Shown here: in pieces, positions 29,794 to 39,469 of the stretch
Position numbering within the stretch: the stretch's first letter is position 1
How the letters are laid out: each line of letters opens with the position of its first letter
Source: a virus
Strand: one strand, 5' to 3'
Virus record (IMG/VR): IMGVR_UViG_3300044648_000427
Length of the DNA: 64,000 bases
Made by a program: the position numbers and the translations under genes
Notes under the pieces: generated by a model
The model's database searches: none
What the model was told of the DNA's origin: nothing
What the model saw: only the letters and a program-made list of their open reading frames with translations

Positions 29794-30366
29794 ATGTCAC
29801 AAACAGAATATACCCAATCAACATGGGACGAAATAACAGCAAATGATAACGATGTTTCGGACGAAGAATACCAACAATCGGTAAAAGGAAACTTACAATT
29901 AGCTGAAGAAGAGCCTAAAGCAAATAGGGGTAATTTACCGGGATTTGTAAAGTTCGCTAAAGGCGAGGAAAAAACTTTGTATTTCCCAAAACGAACTTCA
30001 GATGGAAGTATCAATGCAGGCAAACCTGTATATAAAGTTTACCTTGAGAACTTACCAGACAAGAACAAGAACCTTGTTCACGAGAAATTAGAGGACTTTG
30101 ACACCGATGAAAAATATCAAACATATGGAGAAGGAAAAAAGCCCGGTCTTAGATACTATGTAGAAGTTGTAGAATTAACACCACAAGGAAGTCGAAGAGC
30201 TACATTTGACATGGCTAAAACCAAATACGATCTAGTCTTTAGAGAGTTCCTTACACCAGACCAAAGAATTCTTACAATCAAGATGGGTAAAAATAGTACT
30301 GATGCACCAATCGTTAAATATCCATCAGCAGCTACTTTAAAGGCTTTATTGCCAAAATCCAAATAA
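29794..30366 (+). CDS. Putative ssDNA-binding protein
   Basis: First gene of the replication block. Acidic N-terminus and FVKF..GE beta pattern; function inferred from context. Confidence 0.4.
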   Translation: MSQTEYTQSTWDEITANDNDVSDEEYQQSVKGNLQLAEEEPKANRGNLPGFVKFAKGEEKTLYFPKRTSDGSINAGKPVYKVYLENLPDKNKNLVHEKLEDFDTDEKYQTYGEGKKPGLRYYVEVVELTPQGSRRATFDMAKTKYDLVFREFLTPDQRILTIKMGKNSTDAPIVKYPSAATLKALLPKSK

Positions 30367-30374
30367 CTTTTTTT

Positions 30375-30704
30375 TTGTTAAATTTATTTGAACATTTAAT
30401 TAATATTAAAGAAATTTTTATTGATGATTACGGTGTAGTTAGTTCAAGAAGTAAATACTTAGAACGAGCAAGATACGTACTTTATAGACAAAGAATTTTT
30501 GATCCTCCTGCAAAGTTAAAAATTGATAATTCAGACCTTCCTGAGTTTAAAGATGATGATTTACCTATGTCAACCATAGGAAATCCCGATAAAATTTCTC
30601 AATATAAACATTTATTAATCAGGGAAGCTGTAAAAGATATGTTTATGATGATCAATAAGGAAATTTATAATGAATTTAAAAATATTGAATATGAGGTGGT
30701 ATGA
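30375..30704 (+). CDS. Hypothetical protein
   Basis: Operon context; GAGGTGG SD leads into the next gene. Confidence 0.5.
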   Translation: MLNLFEHLINIKEIFIDDYGVVSSRSKYLERARYVLYRQRIFDPPAKLKIDNSDLPEFKDDDLPMSTIGNPDKISQYKHLLIREAVKDMFMMINKEIYNEFKNIEYEVV

Positions 30705-30707
30705 AGT

Positions 30708-32597
30708 TTGGATTTATGGGATATTCGACAGCAAAAAGCTGAAGAACGAAAAAAGAGACTTAGGGAACTTGCCGATAAAGTTAAATCGGATCGAATCACT
30801 TATATAACCAACGTAATACTTAAAGAGGTTCGCAAAGAACACAGACTTGTAATGCAGATATTATATGCATTATTTTCTATTTATACACCAAATCCAATTA
30901 ATTTAGCGATTAACGCCCCAACGGGTGAAGGTAAAACTTATGGATTGAAAAATGTAGCTAAACATTTTCCGGGAGATGACGTAGATCATCTCGGTGGAAT
31001 GTCGGAAAAAGCCCTATTTCACCGCAGGGGCGAAGTGGTGGTAAAAGAGGACGAAGATGAATATGCACCAATTGAAAAATATACTGATGAGATACATATA
31101 GAACTTGAAGAAATTGCCGAAGAAATGAAAGAATCTGATGATAAAGCTGGATTACGTGCAAAGCGTAGAGAATTACAAGAAAAGCTTGAACGTTATGAAG
31201 CTGAAGCAATAAAGCGAATTGATTTACGACAAAAAGCACTTGTTTTTCAAGATACTCCTGATGCAAAATTACTTGAAACCATTATGCCTTTACTTTCTCA
31301 TGATCAACCTAGAGTATTTTACGAATTTGTAAGCAAAAATAATAATGGAATTCAAACTACTCAAAATATGATTGAAGGATGGCCAAGTGTTATCTATTGT
31401 CAGGCAATTGATATAAGTGCAAGAGAAAGGTGGCCGGAGTTATTACGGCGATTTATAATTTGTAATCCAGAGATGACAAAAGAAAAATATGCTGAAGCAA
31501 TTGATCAGATTTACAAAAGCTCTTATACAGATAATAAATATGAACTTGAAGTTGTAACGAATGAGGAAAAACAAACCGTAAAAGGAATCATATTAGATAT
31601 TATTGAAACTCTTAAAGATCATTTTTCAGATAATCGCAGAAACTCCGTAATAATGCCCTTCAGAGATTCAGTTCAATCAAGTTTCAAAACTGATGGAGCT
31701 TTTGATGTTGGAGTGGCAATGAAAACACATGATTTATTAGTATTACTTTCCGTAGTAAACCTTAAGGAAAGACCGTATTTATTAACCAAAGAGGAAAAAC
31801 GAATTCCTTTTTGTACTTTTAAAGATTTAGAGGATGCATTATATATCAATGAATTTGTTTTTGGTGGACTTAGACAATATGTTCTACAATGGTATATTAG
31901 TGTATTTTATTATGAGTGGAATAGAAAAAATATGGACAATGATCTCGATGCGGAACAACGGTCAAGTAATTCAGCTCCAGTTATGGAATCGAAACCTGTA
32001 GCAAGAATAGGGGAATTAGTAAGACGAACCCAAGAAGTGTATGGTGGGGAAAAAGTTGCAGAAAGCGAGATAAAGAAAAAATATCTTAATCCACTCATTA
32101 ATCATGGTTATATCGACGAATTACAATCAGAGGTAAAAAGAGAAAAAGTTTATTATCCAACATCTCATGAAATAGTTACTCGATATGAGGTTAAGGATAA
32201 TTCCTTAAAATTAATCAAAAAACTTCAAGTACGTGACCCTTCCAAATATCCAAGTAAACGTTATTTAGCGGCTCAAATAATCGAAGATATGAAAGTAGAA
32301 CCGGGATGCAGAATTTGTGATGTTGATGGTCAAGATATTAGTGTTTCCGATTTGATTGAAAAATATTACACTTCTCCAGAAACACACTTTATGGAATTTA
32401 CTGATCTAAAACCAGAAGATATAGAAAAAATCACCAGTACTAATACACCTGTTACACAGAGATTAACTAATTGGACAAAAGAGAAAAAAGGTTTACAAGA
32501 AATTGTTTGTGAAAATTGTGGAAAAAGCTTTTTAGAGCAAGAGATGAAAGATCATAAAGAATTTGATAATTGTAAACCACGGCAGAAATTATTTTAA
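30708..32597 (+). CDS. AAA+ P-loop ATPase, probable replicative helicase-like protein
   Basis: Walker A APTGEGKT, degenerate Walker B LVFQD, Arg finger ELLRRF, C-terminal wHTH-like region and CENC..H..C finger. Confidence 0.65.
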   Translation: MDLWDIRQQKAEERKKRLRELADKVKSDRITYITNVILKEVRKEHRLVMQILYALFSIYTPNPINLAINAPTGEGKTYGLKNVAKHFPGDDVDHLGGMSEKALFHRRGEVVVKEDEDEYAPIEKYTDEIHIELEEIAEEMKESDDKAGLRAKRRELQEKLERYEAEAIKRIDLRQKALVFQDTPDAKLLETIMPLLSHDQPRVFYEFVSKNNNGIQTTQNMIEGWPSVIYCQAIDISARERWPELLRRFIICNPEMTKEKYAEAIDQIYKSSYTDNKYELEVVTNEEKQTVKGIILDIIETLKDHFSDNRRNSVIMPFRDSVQSSFKTDGAFDVGVAMKTHDLLVLLSVVNLKERPYLLTKEEKRIPFCTFKDLEDALYINEFVFGGLRQYVLQWYISVFYYEWNRKNMDNDLDAEQRSSNSAPVMESKPVARIGELVRRTQEVYGGEKVAESEIKKKYLNPLINHGYIDELQSEVKREKVYYPTSHEIVTRYEVKDNSLKLIKKLQVRDPSKYPSKRYLAAQIIEDMKVEPGCRICDVDGQDISVSDLIEKYYTSPETHFMEFTDLKPEDIEKITSTNTPVTQRLTNWTKEKKGLQEIVCENCGKSFLEQEMKDHKEFDNCKPRQKLF

Positions 32598-32630
32598 CAT
32601 TTATATTACCGACTGATCAATATAATACTG

Positions 32631-34517
32631 ATGATAACCGACTTGTTTCCATTTAAGACAATGAGAAATTCTCAACGTAAAGTTCTCGATGAAATTGAGG
32701 ATGCTTTTCGTTCAGGATATAGTCAAATTGTTCTAGAAGCTTCAACAGGATTTGGAAAAAGCCCCGTAGCAATTGCGGTAGCAAAGTTCCTAAAATCCTC
32801 ATACATTTGCACTTCGACAATAAATTTACAGGATCAATATCTTAGGGATTTTCCCTTTTTAAAGAAGGTAATTGGAAAAAATAATTTTGATTGTAAAGTC
32901 CAACTTGAACGAAAAGATGCGGGAATGTTTAACTGTGAAAGGTGCGAAACAAATGATCATGAACAATGTAAACATACTACAGTAGATAAAGCTCTTTGCG
33001 TGAATAAGCGTTATGTTTGTCCATATATGACGAATCGTGCTGATTATGATGAAGGATTTTACAATGATGAAGTACGCTTAAAACCTGAATTAATACAATT
33101 AATGGAAAATCCTAGAGATGTAAATACCCTTGATTGTTCTACAAGTTCCCAGACAAAAATTATGAACTTCTTTGCATGGGATCACTATAAAGAATTTGGA
33201 AATAATTGGAGTCCGTGCAATTATTATCATCAAAAGAATGTTGGTTTATTAAGTCCACACACAATATTCAATTATGCAATATTCAATAAAATGTCACAAG
33301 TGAAAAGAAAGACAGGTAAACCATATTTAGCCCCCAAAGGTATATTGATTCTTGATGAAGGACATTTATTCGAAAATGAGGTAATTGCTCATAACGGAGA
33401 AGAGCTTGAATTAGGAACAATAATGAATATTACTCATGATCAAATTAGAACAATGCCGGATCAACTTACATTCTCTCAATGGGTGGAATTTCTCAAGAAT
33501 GTATTAAGTTACACTCAAGTAAATATTGATGAATTACAGAACGAATTTGCTAGACTTGATGCAAGAAGAAAACAATTAAATCAAAGAGAGTTAAAAAGGT
33601 TTTACAATCTTCCTGACATTCTTAGGTATGTAGAGGAAAAATATGAAAAGTTACAAGATTTAACTATTCAAATGGAATTACATCCCGAAAATTGGATAAT
33701 AGATAGAAATGGTAATAAGTTAATTATTAAACCTCTAGATATTTCGGCTTATTGTAGGGAATTATATGAAGCAGGGAGTAGATTACTTGTAATGAGTGCT
33801 ACGATACTGGATAAAGATTTGTATTGTAACCAAATTGGATTAAATCCATCAGAAGTAAAATTCATTTCTATTGATAGTGAATTCCCTGTAGAAAACAGGC
33901 CAATATTCACACCGTATTTAGGAAAATTAAGTCGAGACAATATTGATCTTCCTGCTACGCATCAAGTAATAGCTAATAATTTGAACAAAATTATGGATCA
34001 ATATACTAATCAGCGTGGACTAATTCATATGCCTACTAATAAACTTATTGACCAGATACTACCATACCTTAAAGATCGACGACGTATTTACGTAATAAAG
34101 TCAATGACGTCAAGAGAGCGAGCAAGGGCATTAAAGGAATTTGAGGATGATCCAAGAGGTGTATTGATGAGTCCTAGTCTTTATGTTGGACTTGATTTGA
34201 AGGATGATTTGAGTAGGTTTCAAGTAATAGTAAAAATTCCCTATCCCAGCTTAGGAGATAAGTGGATAAAAGCTAAATTCGACCAGAACAAAAAATGGTA
34301 TACATGGCAAACTGTATTAAAGGTAATACAGGGATATGGTAGAAGTATAAGAAGTGTTGATGACTATGCAGATACATACATATTAGATTCAAACTTGGAT
34401 AATATAATCAGATTTTCTTCTTCCATGCTTCCCAAGTCATTTACTGATGCAATCAGATATGGAAAGAATAATCCAAACGCTAAAATAGGCGATAAGGTGA
34501 GAATAAAACATGGATAA
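32631..34517 (+). CDS. XPD/Rad3/DinG-family SF2 helicase
   Basis: Q motif, ASTGFGKS, Cys-rich Fe-S region, DEGH, GLDL, QGYGRSIRS. Confidence 0.92.
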   Translation: MITDLFPFKTMRNSQRKVLDEIEDAFRSGYSQIVLEASTGFGKSPVAIAVAKFLKSSYICTSTINLQDQYLRDFPFLKKVIGKNNFDCKVQLERKDAGMFNCERCETNDHEQCKHTTVDKALCVNKRYVCPYMTNRADYDEGFYNDEVRLKPELIQLMENPRDVNTLDCSTSSQTKIMNFFAWDHYKEFGNNWSPCNYYHQKNVGLLSPHTIFNYAIFNKMSQVKRKTGKPYLAPKGILILDEGHLFENEVIAHNGEELELGTIMNITHDQIRTMPDQLTFSQWVEFLKNVLSYTQVNIDELQNEFARLDARRKQLNQRELKRFYNLPDILRYVEEKYEKLQDLTIQMELHPENWIIDRNGNKLIIKPLDISAYCRELYEAGSRLLVMSATILDKDLYCNQIGLNPSEVKFISIDSEFPVENRPIFTPYLGKLSRDNIDLPATHQVIANNLNKIMDQYTNQRGLIHMPTNKLIDQILPYLKDRRRIYVIKSMTSRERARALKEFEDDPRGVLMSPSLYVGLDLKDDLSRFQVIVKIPYPSLGDKWIKAKFDQNKKWYTWQTVLKVIQGYGRSIRSVDDYADTYILDSNLDNIIRFSSSMLPKSFTDAIRYGKNNPNAKIGDKVRIKHG

Positions 34518-34644
34518 AAGTGTTATTAAAGTTGGAGGAAATCTTTCAAAAGAGGAGCTTGAGAAATTAGTGGAACAATTAAATATGGGTCATTGGATAG
34601 CAACAGATAAGAATGTTATTTGGGAAGTAATAGAAGATGAATAA
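34510..34644 (+). CDS. 44-aa hypothetical protein (not in ORF track)
   Basis: SD AAGGTGA, overlapping start and stop with its neighbours. Confidence 0.5.
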   Translation: MDKSVIKVGGNLSKEELEKLVEQLNMGHWIATDKNVIWEVIEDE

Positions 34645-34849
34645 GAGTCTTAAAAAAGAGATATATAATCGGTTAACTTTTTTTAGTGAGCAAAGAGATA
34701 AGTGGGAATACGATAAATGTACAAAAGATATTTTAAATATAATTAAAAAAAGAATAGAATATGAAATAGATCATACTAGTTTAGGTGATTGTCCAGAATG
34801 TTTTGGTGATGGTTTAAAAAGATTTGGAGAGATGTTAGATGAATCTTAG
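34637..34849 (+). CDS. Small helical protein, paralog family A
   Basis: L+.EI...DIL.II.KRI pattern. Confidence 0.55.
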   Translation: MNKSLKKEIYNRLTFFSEQRDKWEYDKCTKDILNIIKKRIEYEIDHTSLGDCPECFGDGLKRFGEMLDES

Positions 34850-35057
34850 AGAAGAAATTATTTCATCCTTACAAGATAGTAAATGGTTCATTGCGGGCGG
34901 ATCATGGGATCAACCAGCAGATGATATATTGGAAATATTCGAAAAAAGAATAGATGAACATATTAAAAAGATTGATAGTAAAAGATGTTGCCGATTAGAT
35001 AATAAACATGCTGATATCATTGAAGAGTTTAGAGATTTTAAGGAGATGTTAAGTTAA
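34839..35057 (+). CDS. Small helical protein, paralog family A
   Basis: MNLREEI..ADDILEIFEKRID. Confidence 0.6.
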   Translation: MNLREEIISSLQDSKWFIAGGSWDQPADDILEIFEKRIDEHIKKIDSKRCCRLDNKHADIIEEFRDFKEMLS

Positions 35058-35311
35058 TGTCTTATTATTTCGAACCAGAAGAAATACAAAAGGTACTCAA
35101 TAAATTCAGAGAAGTATTTGAATACACTGTAAACTTAAATCGTCCCTCCATTACCGTAAAGACTCATAGTAGACTCGCTATTGATATAATGGAAGCAATT
35201 AAAACAGATACACCATTTTATATTAGTTTTGTTTATGCAAGAGCATCAGAAACACTAGAAATTCTATGTGATCTTGATCATGAAAAGTGGAAAAATGACC
35301 AAAAAACTTAA
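35057..35311 (+). CDS. Hypothetical protein
   Basis: TAATG-coupled; SD AGGAG. Confidence 0.55.
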   Translation: MSYYFEPEEIQKVLNKFREVFEYTVNLNRPSITVKTHSRLAIDIMEAIKTDTPFYISFVYARASETLEILCDLDHEKWKNDQKT

Positions 35312-35336
35312 ATATAAATAGTTTAAATAACTATTA

Positions 35337-35792
35337 ATGAAATTTTTTTTATTTATTATGTTAGCAATAGGAATTTATCCTGCTTCCGCTGAACTACAAT
35401 TAGATGCTGATAAGGATACATTGTTGCTTGCTGAAAATGAGGGTAATATGACAGTTGATGATTTTGATTTAGCTGGAAAGATAACAAGGGTTATTGATGG
35501 AGATACATTAATAATTGAATCAGGAGAAAAGATTAGACTTTCAATTGTCAATACACCGGAAAGAGGTCAACAAGGATTCCAAGAAGCCAAACAATTTACT
35601 ATAGATTTATGTTTAGGTAAAGAAGCTTTGGTGGATCTTGATGATAAACAGAAGAAATCTTATGATCGTGTTGTAGGAGCTGTATTTTGTGATGGTGGAC
35701 AATTTCTTAACAAATTATTAATTGAAAAAGATTTAGCTATTATTTGGGATAAATATTGTCCTAAATCTGAGTTTGAGGAAATTCTTTGTTGA
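35337..35792 (+). CDS. Secreted thermonuclease (SNase family)
   Basis: Signal peptide ..ASA; RVIDGDT, IRL..VNTPE, YDRVVG. Confidence 0.88.
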   Translation: MKFFLFIMLAIGIYPASAELQLDADKDTLLLAENEGNMTVDDFDLAGKITRVIDGDTLIIESGEKIRLSIVNTPERGQQGFQEAKQFTIDLCLGKEALVDLDDKQKKSYDRVVGAVFCDGGQFLNKLLIEKDLAIIWDKYCPKSEFEEILC

Positions 35793-35804
35793 GGAGGATG
35801 TTAA

Positions 35805-36035
35805 ATGAATAATAGAAAAATAAAAATTTGTTGTAAAGGAATGAATCATTTAATTAAAGAAGCGATGCTTGGATTTGATTATTATTCTGATAGTGATAGA
35901 TTTTGTCTAATAGAACATAATGCAGCAGATGACGGTGATGGATATATCGATACATGGGAAAATTATGATATTGAAGTAAATTTTTGTCCTATTTGTGGGA
36001 AACAAGTTGAAAAGGAGAAATATAATGAATCTTAG
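35805..36035 (+). CDS. Small Zn-binding protein
   Basis: CC...NFCPICG. Confidence 0.6.
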   Translation: MNNRKIKICCKGMNHLIKEAMLGFDYYSDSDRFCLIEHNAADDGDGYIDTWENYDIEVNFCPICGKQVEKEKYNES

Positions 36036-36282
36036 AGAAGAAATCAATCAAGTTCTAACTACTGTAAAAGAGCATGCTTATTTAACTGGAATAACAAAAC
36101 CTAGAGATTCAGAGATTGCAAGTATATTTATGGTTATTGAAAAACGAATAGATTCAATCATGCAGAGAGAAATATCCGATTCACACCATTTCGAGATACA
36201 ACAAGCCAAAAATGATGTATCGACTATTGATGCAATAGTTAGAATATGTAGGGAGATTAAGGATGAATTGCGGATATTGTAA
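36025..36282 (+). CDS. Small helical protein, paralog family A
   Basis: First 20 nt identical to 34839 (atgaatcttagagaagaaat); SD AAGGAG. Confidence 0.6.
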   Translation: MNLREEINQVLTTVKEHAYLTGITKPRDSEIASIFMVIEKRIDSIMQREISDSHHFEIQQAKNDVSTIDAIVRICREIKDELRIL

Positions 36283-37118
36283 AGATAAAATAAATTTAGC
36301 CCTTAATGGATTTTCTGGTATAAAGGAAAAATTCTGTCAGACTTGCTGGAGTAAAATTTATTCTGTATATAAGGGTAATAGAATAGCGAAAGAAGAGCCT
36401 GAGATATTAAATTGGGTGGTAAAGATAAAAAATGAATAAATCTCAACAAATAACAATCCATTGTGAGGAATGTTCTAGGGATGCAACTGTAACAATAACA
36501 TATTTGATGAATTTAGGTAGATCTGGATGGAATGAATTACTATGTCCATCATGTTTTGCTTTTAAAATGATGACTGAATTACTAACGGAGAAAGAAAAAT
36601 GAAATGTTGTGATTGGTGTTATGAGGATTCCAATGTATTAATTGAAGTACTTAATCAAAAATATTGGGGGCCGAATAATGATTATAAAGAATCATATGAA
36701 AAAACAGAATTAGTTTGTACTAGATGTTTAGTTAAAGATGGGATGAATAATTTATGAAATCTGTTAATGAAATAAATCAAAAAATTGAAGAATTAAGGAA
36801 GGAATATCGTGAAATTGATAATAAATTTCCTTTCATTGAAGAAGATCAAAACAGTTTTTTAATTAACGAACTTCTTTCGGGTATAGCACAACAAATTAGG
36901 ATTTTACAATGGGTTATAGAAGAAAAATGATTTTACCTCCCATTTGTAAACATCAACTATATTGTGCAAATAATCATAAATATATGGATTGTCCTCAAAA
37001 AGGTTGTATTTGGGGTCATTGTGAAACTTGCGGTGTATGTTATAACCCGTTATTTGATTGTTCTAAATTACTTGATGAAGAGCTTCCTGAGAGTTTAAAG
37101 ATGGAAAAGCTTAAATAA
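36263..37118 (+). other. Run of five coupled microproteins, mostly CxxC Zn fingers (36263-36439, 36432-36602, 36599-36757, 36754-36930, 36927-37118)
   Basis: Translated by hand. Overlapping ATGA/ATGAATAA junctions; four of five have Cys pairs. Confidence 0.6.
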
Positions 37119-37139
37119 TTAAAACTACAAATACAAAGA

Positions 37140-37496
37140 GTGGAAAATCGTAACGTAATATTCATTGAACCTAAGGATTTATTAATTATTCCAAATAAAA
37201 ATGAATTGATTCGACAAACTAAAACTTATCGGAAATATGAAAAAGCTGATACTATTGTAATAAATAATGTTCTTTATACAATTACTCTTGAATTCTATGA
37301 TAATAAATTTCATGTAGAAGTCTACAGTTCAAAACTTAAAGGTATGGCATTAGGAGAATATCAACATTTTTGGAATAACTCAGATAATCCTGAAGGTGTA
37401 GAACATGATAGAACTCTTGCATTAGCAAGATTTATATATGATCAGATAATGTCTGAAGTTATAGAGATTGCAAGAGGAGATGAAGATGAATCATAG
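37140..37496 (+). CDS. Hypothetical protein
   Basis: CTTAAATA box about 30 nt upstream of the GTG. Confidence 0.55.
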   Translation: MENRNVIFIEPKDLLIIPNKNELIRQTKTYRKYEKADTIVINNVLYTITLEFYDNKFHVEVYSSKLKGMALGEYQHFWNNSDNPEGVEHDRTLALARFIYDQIMSEVIEIARGDEDES

Positions 37497-37596
37497 TTTT
37501 GTTAGATGTCCAGATTGTTTTATAGAATTTTGCACGGATTGTGGATACAAGAAAGACGTTCTTATTGATTTAGCGAGTGGAGAAAAACTTCCTTAA
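37486..37596 (+). CDS. 36-aa Zn-finger peptide (not in ORF track)
   Basis: CPDC..FCTDCG; SD GAGGAG. Confidence 0.55.
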   Translation: MNHSFVRCPDCFIEFCTDCGYKKDVLIDLASGEKLP

Positions 37597-37868
37597 TGAA
37601 AGACGATAACTATTTCAAAGAACAACGTAAAAAAGAGGACAAATTAAATCTTGGAGAATTACCTGAAATAGTTGAAGATCTCGAAGCAACAAGTATTACA
37701 TTATTTTTTGAAGATAAAAAACCAACATCTTTGAATGTAATTATGAAAGGTGGAATAAATAGTCATATGATGTACAAGATACAAAAATTATATAATTTAG
37801 ATCTAATTACCGTAAGTCCTGTAGATGAAGAACGTGTAGAGGTTAATTTAAGGTATATAGGATTGTAG
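37596..37868 (+). CDS. Hypothetical protein
   Basis: TAATG-coupled. Confidence 0.55.
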   Translation: MKDDNYFKEQRKKEDKLNLGELPEIVEDLEATSITLFFEDKKPTSLNVIMKGGINSHMMYKIQKLYNLDLITVSPVDEERVEVNLRYIGL

Positions 37869-37905
37869 TAATCCTTATAAGTTATAAATCTTTCTATTCT
37901 AATTC

Positions 37906-38184
37906 GTGGATGACAGTAAATACGTTGAAGCTTTAAAAAAGATAAAACAGGTTAAAGATGAAAATAAAAAGAAAGTAGAGAAGATTCGCAATGTAAATTT
38001 AGAGGAAAAGAAAAAAATAATCAACGCAATTGTTAATATAGAGATAGTGGAAAAGCTTATTAAGGAGGGAACCATATTCGATCCTAACCATAATGGCGGT
38101 GAATTGGCCTTCGTATACCCTGACGGAAATAGACTTGGCCTTATAGACGCTATTAGGGCTTTACGTTCATTATTAAACCAGTAG
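37906..38184 (+). CDS. Hypothetical protein
   Basis: Own TATA box. Confidence 0.5.
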   Translation: MDDSKYVEALKKIKQVKDENKKKVEKIRNVNLEEKKKIINAIVNIEIVEKLIKEGTIFDPNHNGGELAFVYPDGNRLGLIDAIRALRSLLNQ

Positions 38185-38206
38185 TTTTTTTAATCACCGA
38201 TTTCCA

Positions 38207-38776
38207 TTGTATGAATATTTGAGTAAACCGATCACCCTCAAGAAGCTAAACTATTACCGCTCTTTGGCTTTAGTGAAACGTAAAAAGAACAAGACTACAG
38301 CGGCAAATACTCCTAAAAAGAAGAAGAAAAAAACCCTGCGAGATAGAATGAACGCAGCTTCCCTTGGATTGTTCAATCGCAAAGATAAAGCTGGCAATAG
38401 AATATGTAGAAATATATTCTGTTCAAGATCCCCAAAAGATGGTTTCTATTGTTCAGTGACTTGTAGGAAAAAATTTTTTACCTATTATGAAAACAATTAT
38501 ATGTGGGCGAATGTCAGATTAAAAATATTCAAGCGTGATAGATACACATGCAAGATTTGTAAGACATTTTACCCAATCTGCGAGCTAGAATGTGATCACA
38601 TTAAACCAATTGACTTGATAAAGGAAAACGGTTATAAAGTCCTTAATCTTAGGGCATTTGATGAATATATTTATAGCGAAAAGAATTTAAGAACGTTATG
38701 TAAAGAATGTCATAAAGATGTTACAAAGGAATTTATGGCCGATAAAAGGCTTAAACTCAAGACCCTAAAATCTTGA
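38207..38776 (+). CDS. HNH endonuclease with Zn fingers
   Basis: W..VR..IFKRD.YTC.IC, LECDHI, NLRTLCKECH. In-frame TTG 38219 fits the TAGTT promoter spacing. Confidence 0.85.
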   Translation: MYEYLSKPITLKKLNYYRSLALVKRKKNKTTAANTPKKKKKKTLRDRMNAASLGLFNRKDKAGNRICRNIFCSRSPKDGFYCSVTCRKKFFTYYENNYMWANVRLKIFKRDRYTCKICKTFYPICELECDHIKPIDLIKENGYKVLNLRAFDEYIYSEKNLRTLCKECHKDVTKEFMADKRLKLKTLKS

Positions 38777-39131
38777 AAACATTTATAGCCAACTTTCTTA
38801 TTTGAAATAGGGGATTTAGTTTAGCCATTTCAGCAATAACGTTTTCTGCGTATAGCGGTCTTACCGTAGCAAGTATAGTATTATAGTTATTTTCATCATC
38901 TTGTGTTATTTTATATTTTGTTTGTATATGATAATCCCAATTGTAATATACGTAATTTGTAACATTCTTTAAAGAGGTAGCCTTGTATAGTAATTCATAA
39001 GTTTCATCTGTAACATTAACAATCTCACAAAATTCCTTGTGTTTTTCTACCATATGAGCTTTAAAGTTTTTCAAAATGTAATTATTATTACATACAGGAC
39101 ATAAAGTTTTACAAAAATCACCGTTAAGCAT
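38757..39131 (-). CDS. C2H2 Zn-finger protein
   Basis: CPVC..F..HM..KH. Confidence 0.6.
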   Translation of the reverse strand: MLNGDFCKTLCPVCNNNYILKNFKAHMVEKHKEFCEIVNVTDETYELLYKATSLKNVTNYVYYNWDYHIQTKYKITQDDENNYNTILATVRPLYAENVIAEMAKLNPLFQIRKLAINVFKILGS

Positions 39132-39159
39132 ATAAGTTAGTATCTTGAATCTCTTATTT

Positions 39160-39426
39160 ATGGCTTTCGATGAAGATCCTGATAAAGTTCAAAGAGAACA
39201 AATCAATAAAACACTTCAATTTGTGCAAGAACAAGAACGAATAGTTCAAAGGATGAATTATTCCATTAATAAACTTTATTCTATTATGGCTTCTTACCAT
39301 CCTCCAGACTCAGACCTGAAACCATTTTTTGATAGATTTGTAGTAATTCATGCTATGCTTAGGGTATTAGTTGCTGATGTTAAATTATACAATGAGCAAA
39401 ATTACACTGACTATATGAATGCATAA
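39160..39426 (+). CDS. Hypothetical helical protein
   Basis: Open frame; ATG 39160 preferred. Confidence 0.5.
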   Translation: MAFDEDPDKVQREQINKTLQFVQEQERIVQRMNYSINKLYSIMASYHPPDSDLKPFFDRFVVIHAMLRVLVADVKLYNEQNYTDYMNA

Positions 39427-39469
39427 AAAAAACAAAGTTTTTAAGTAGGGGCAACCCTAATGCATACAG

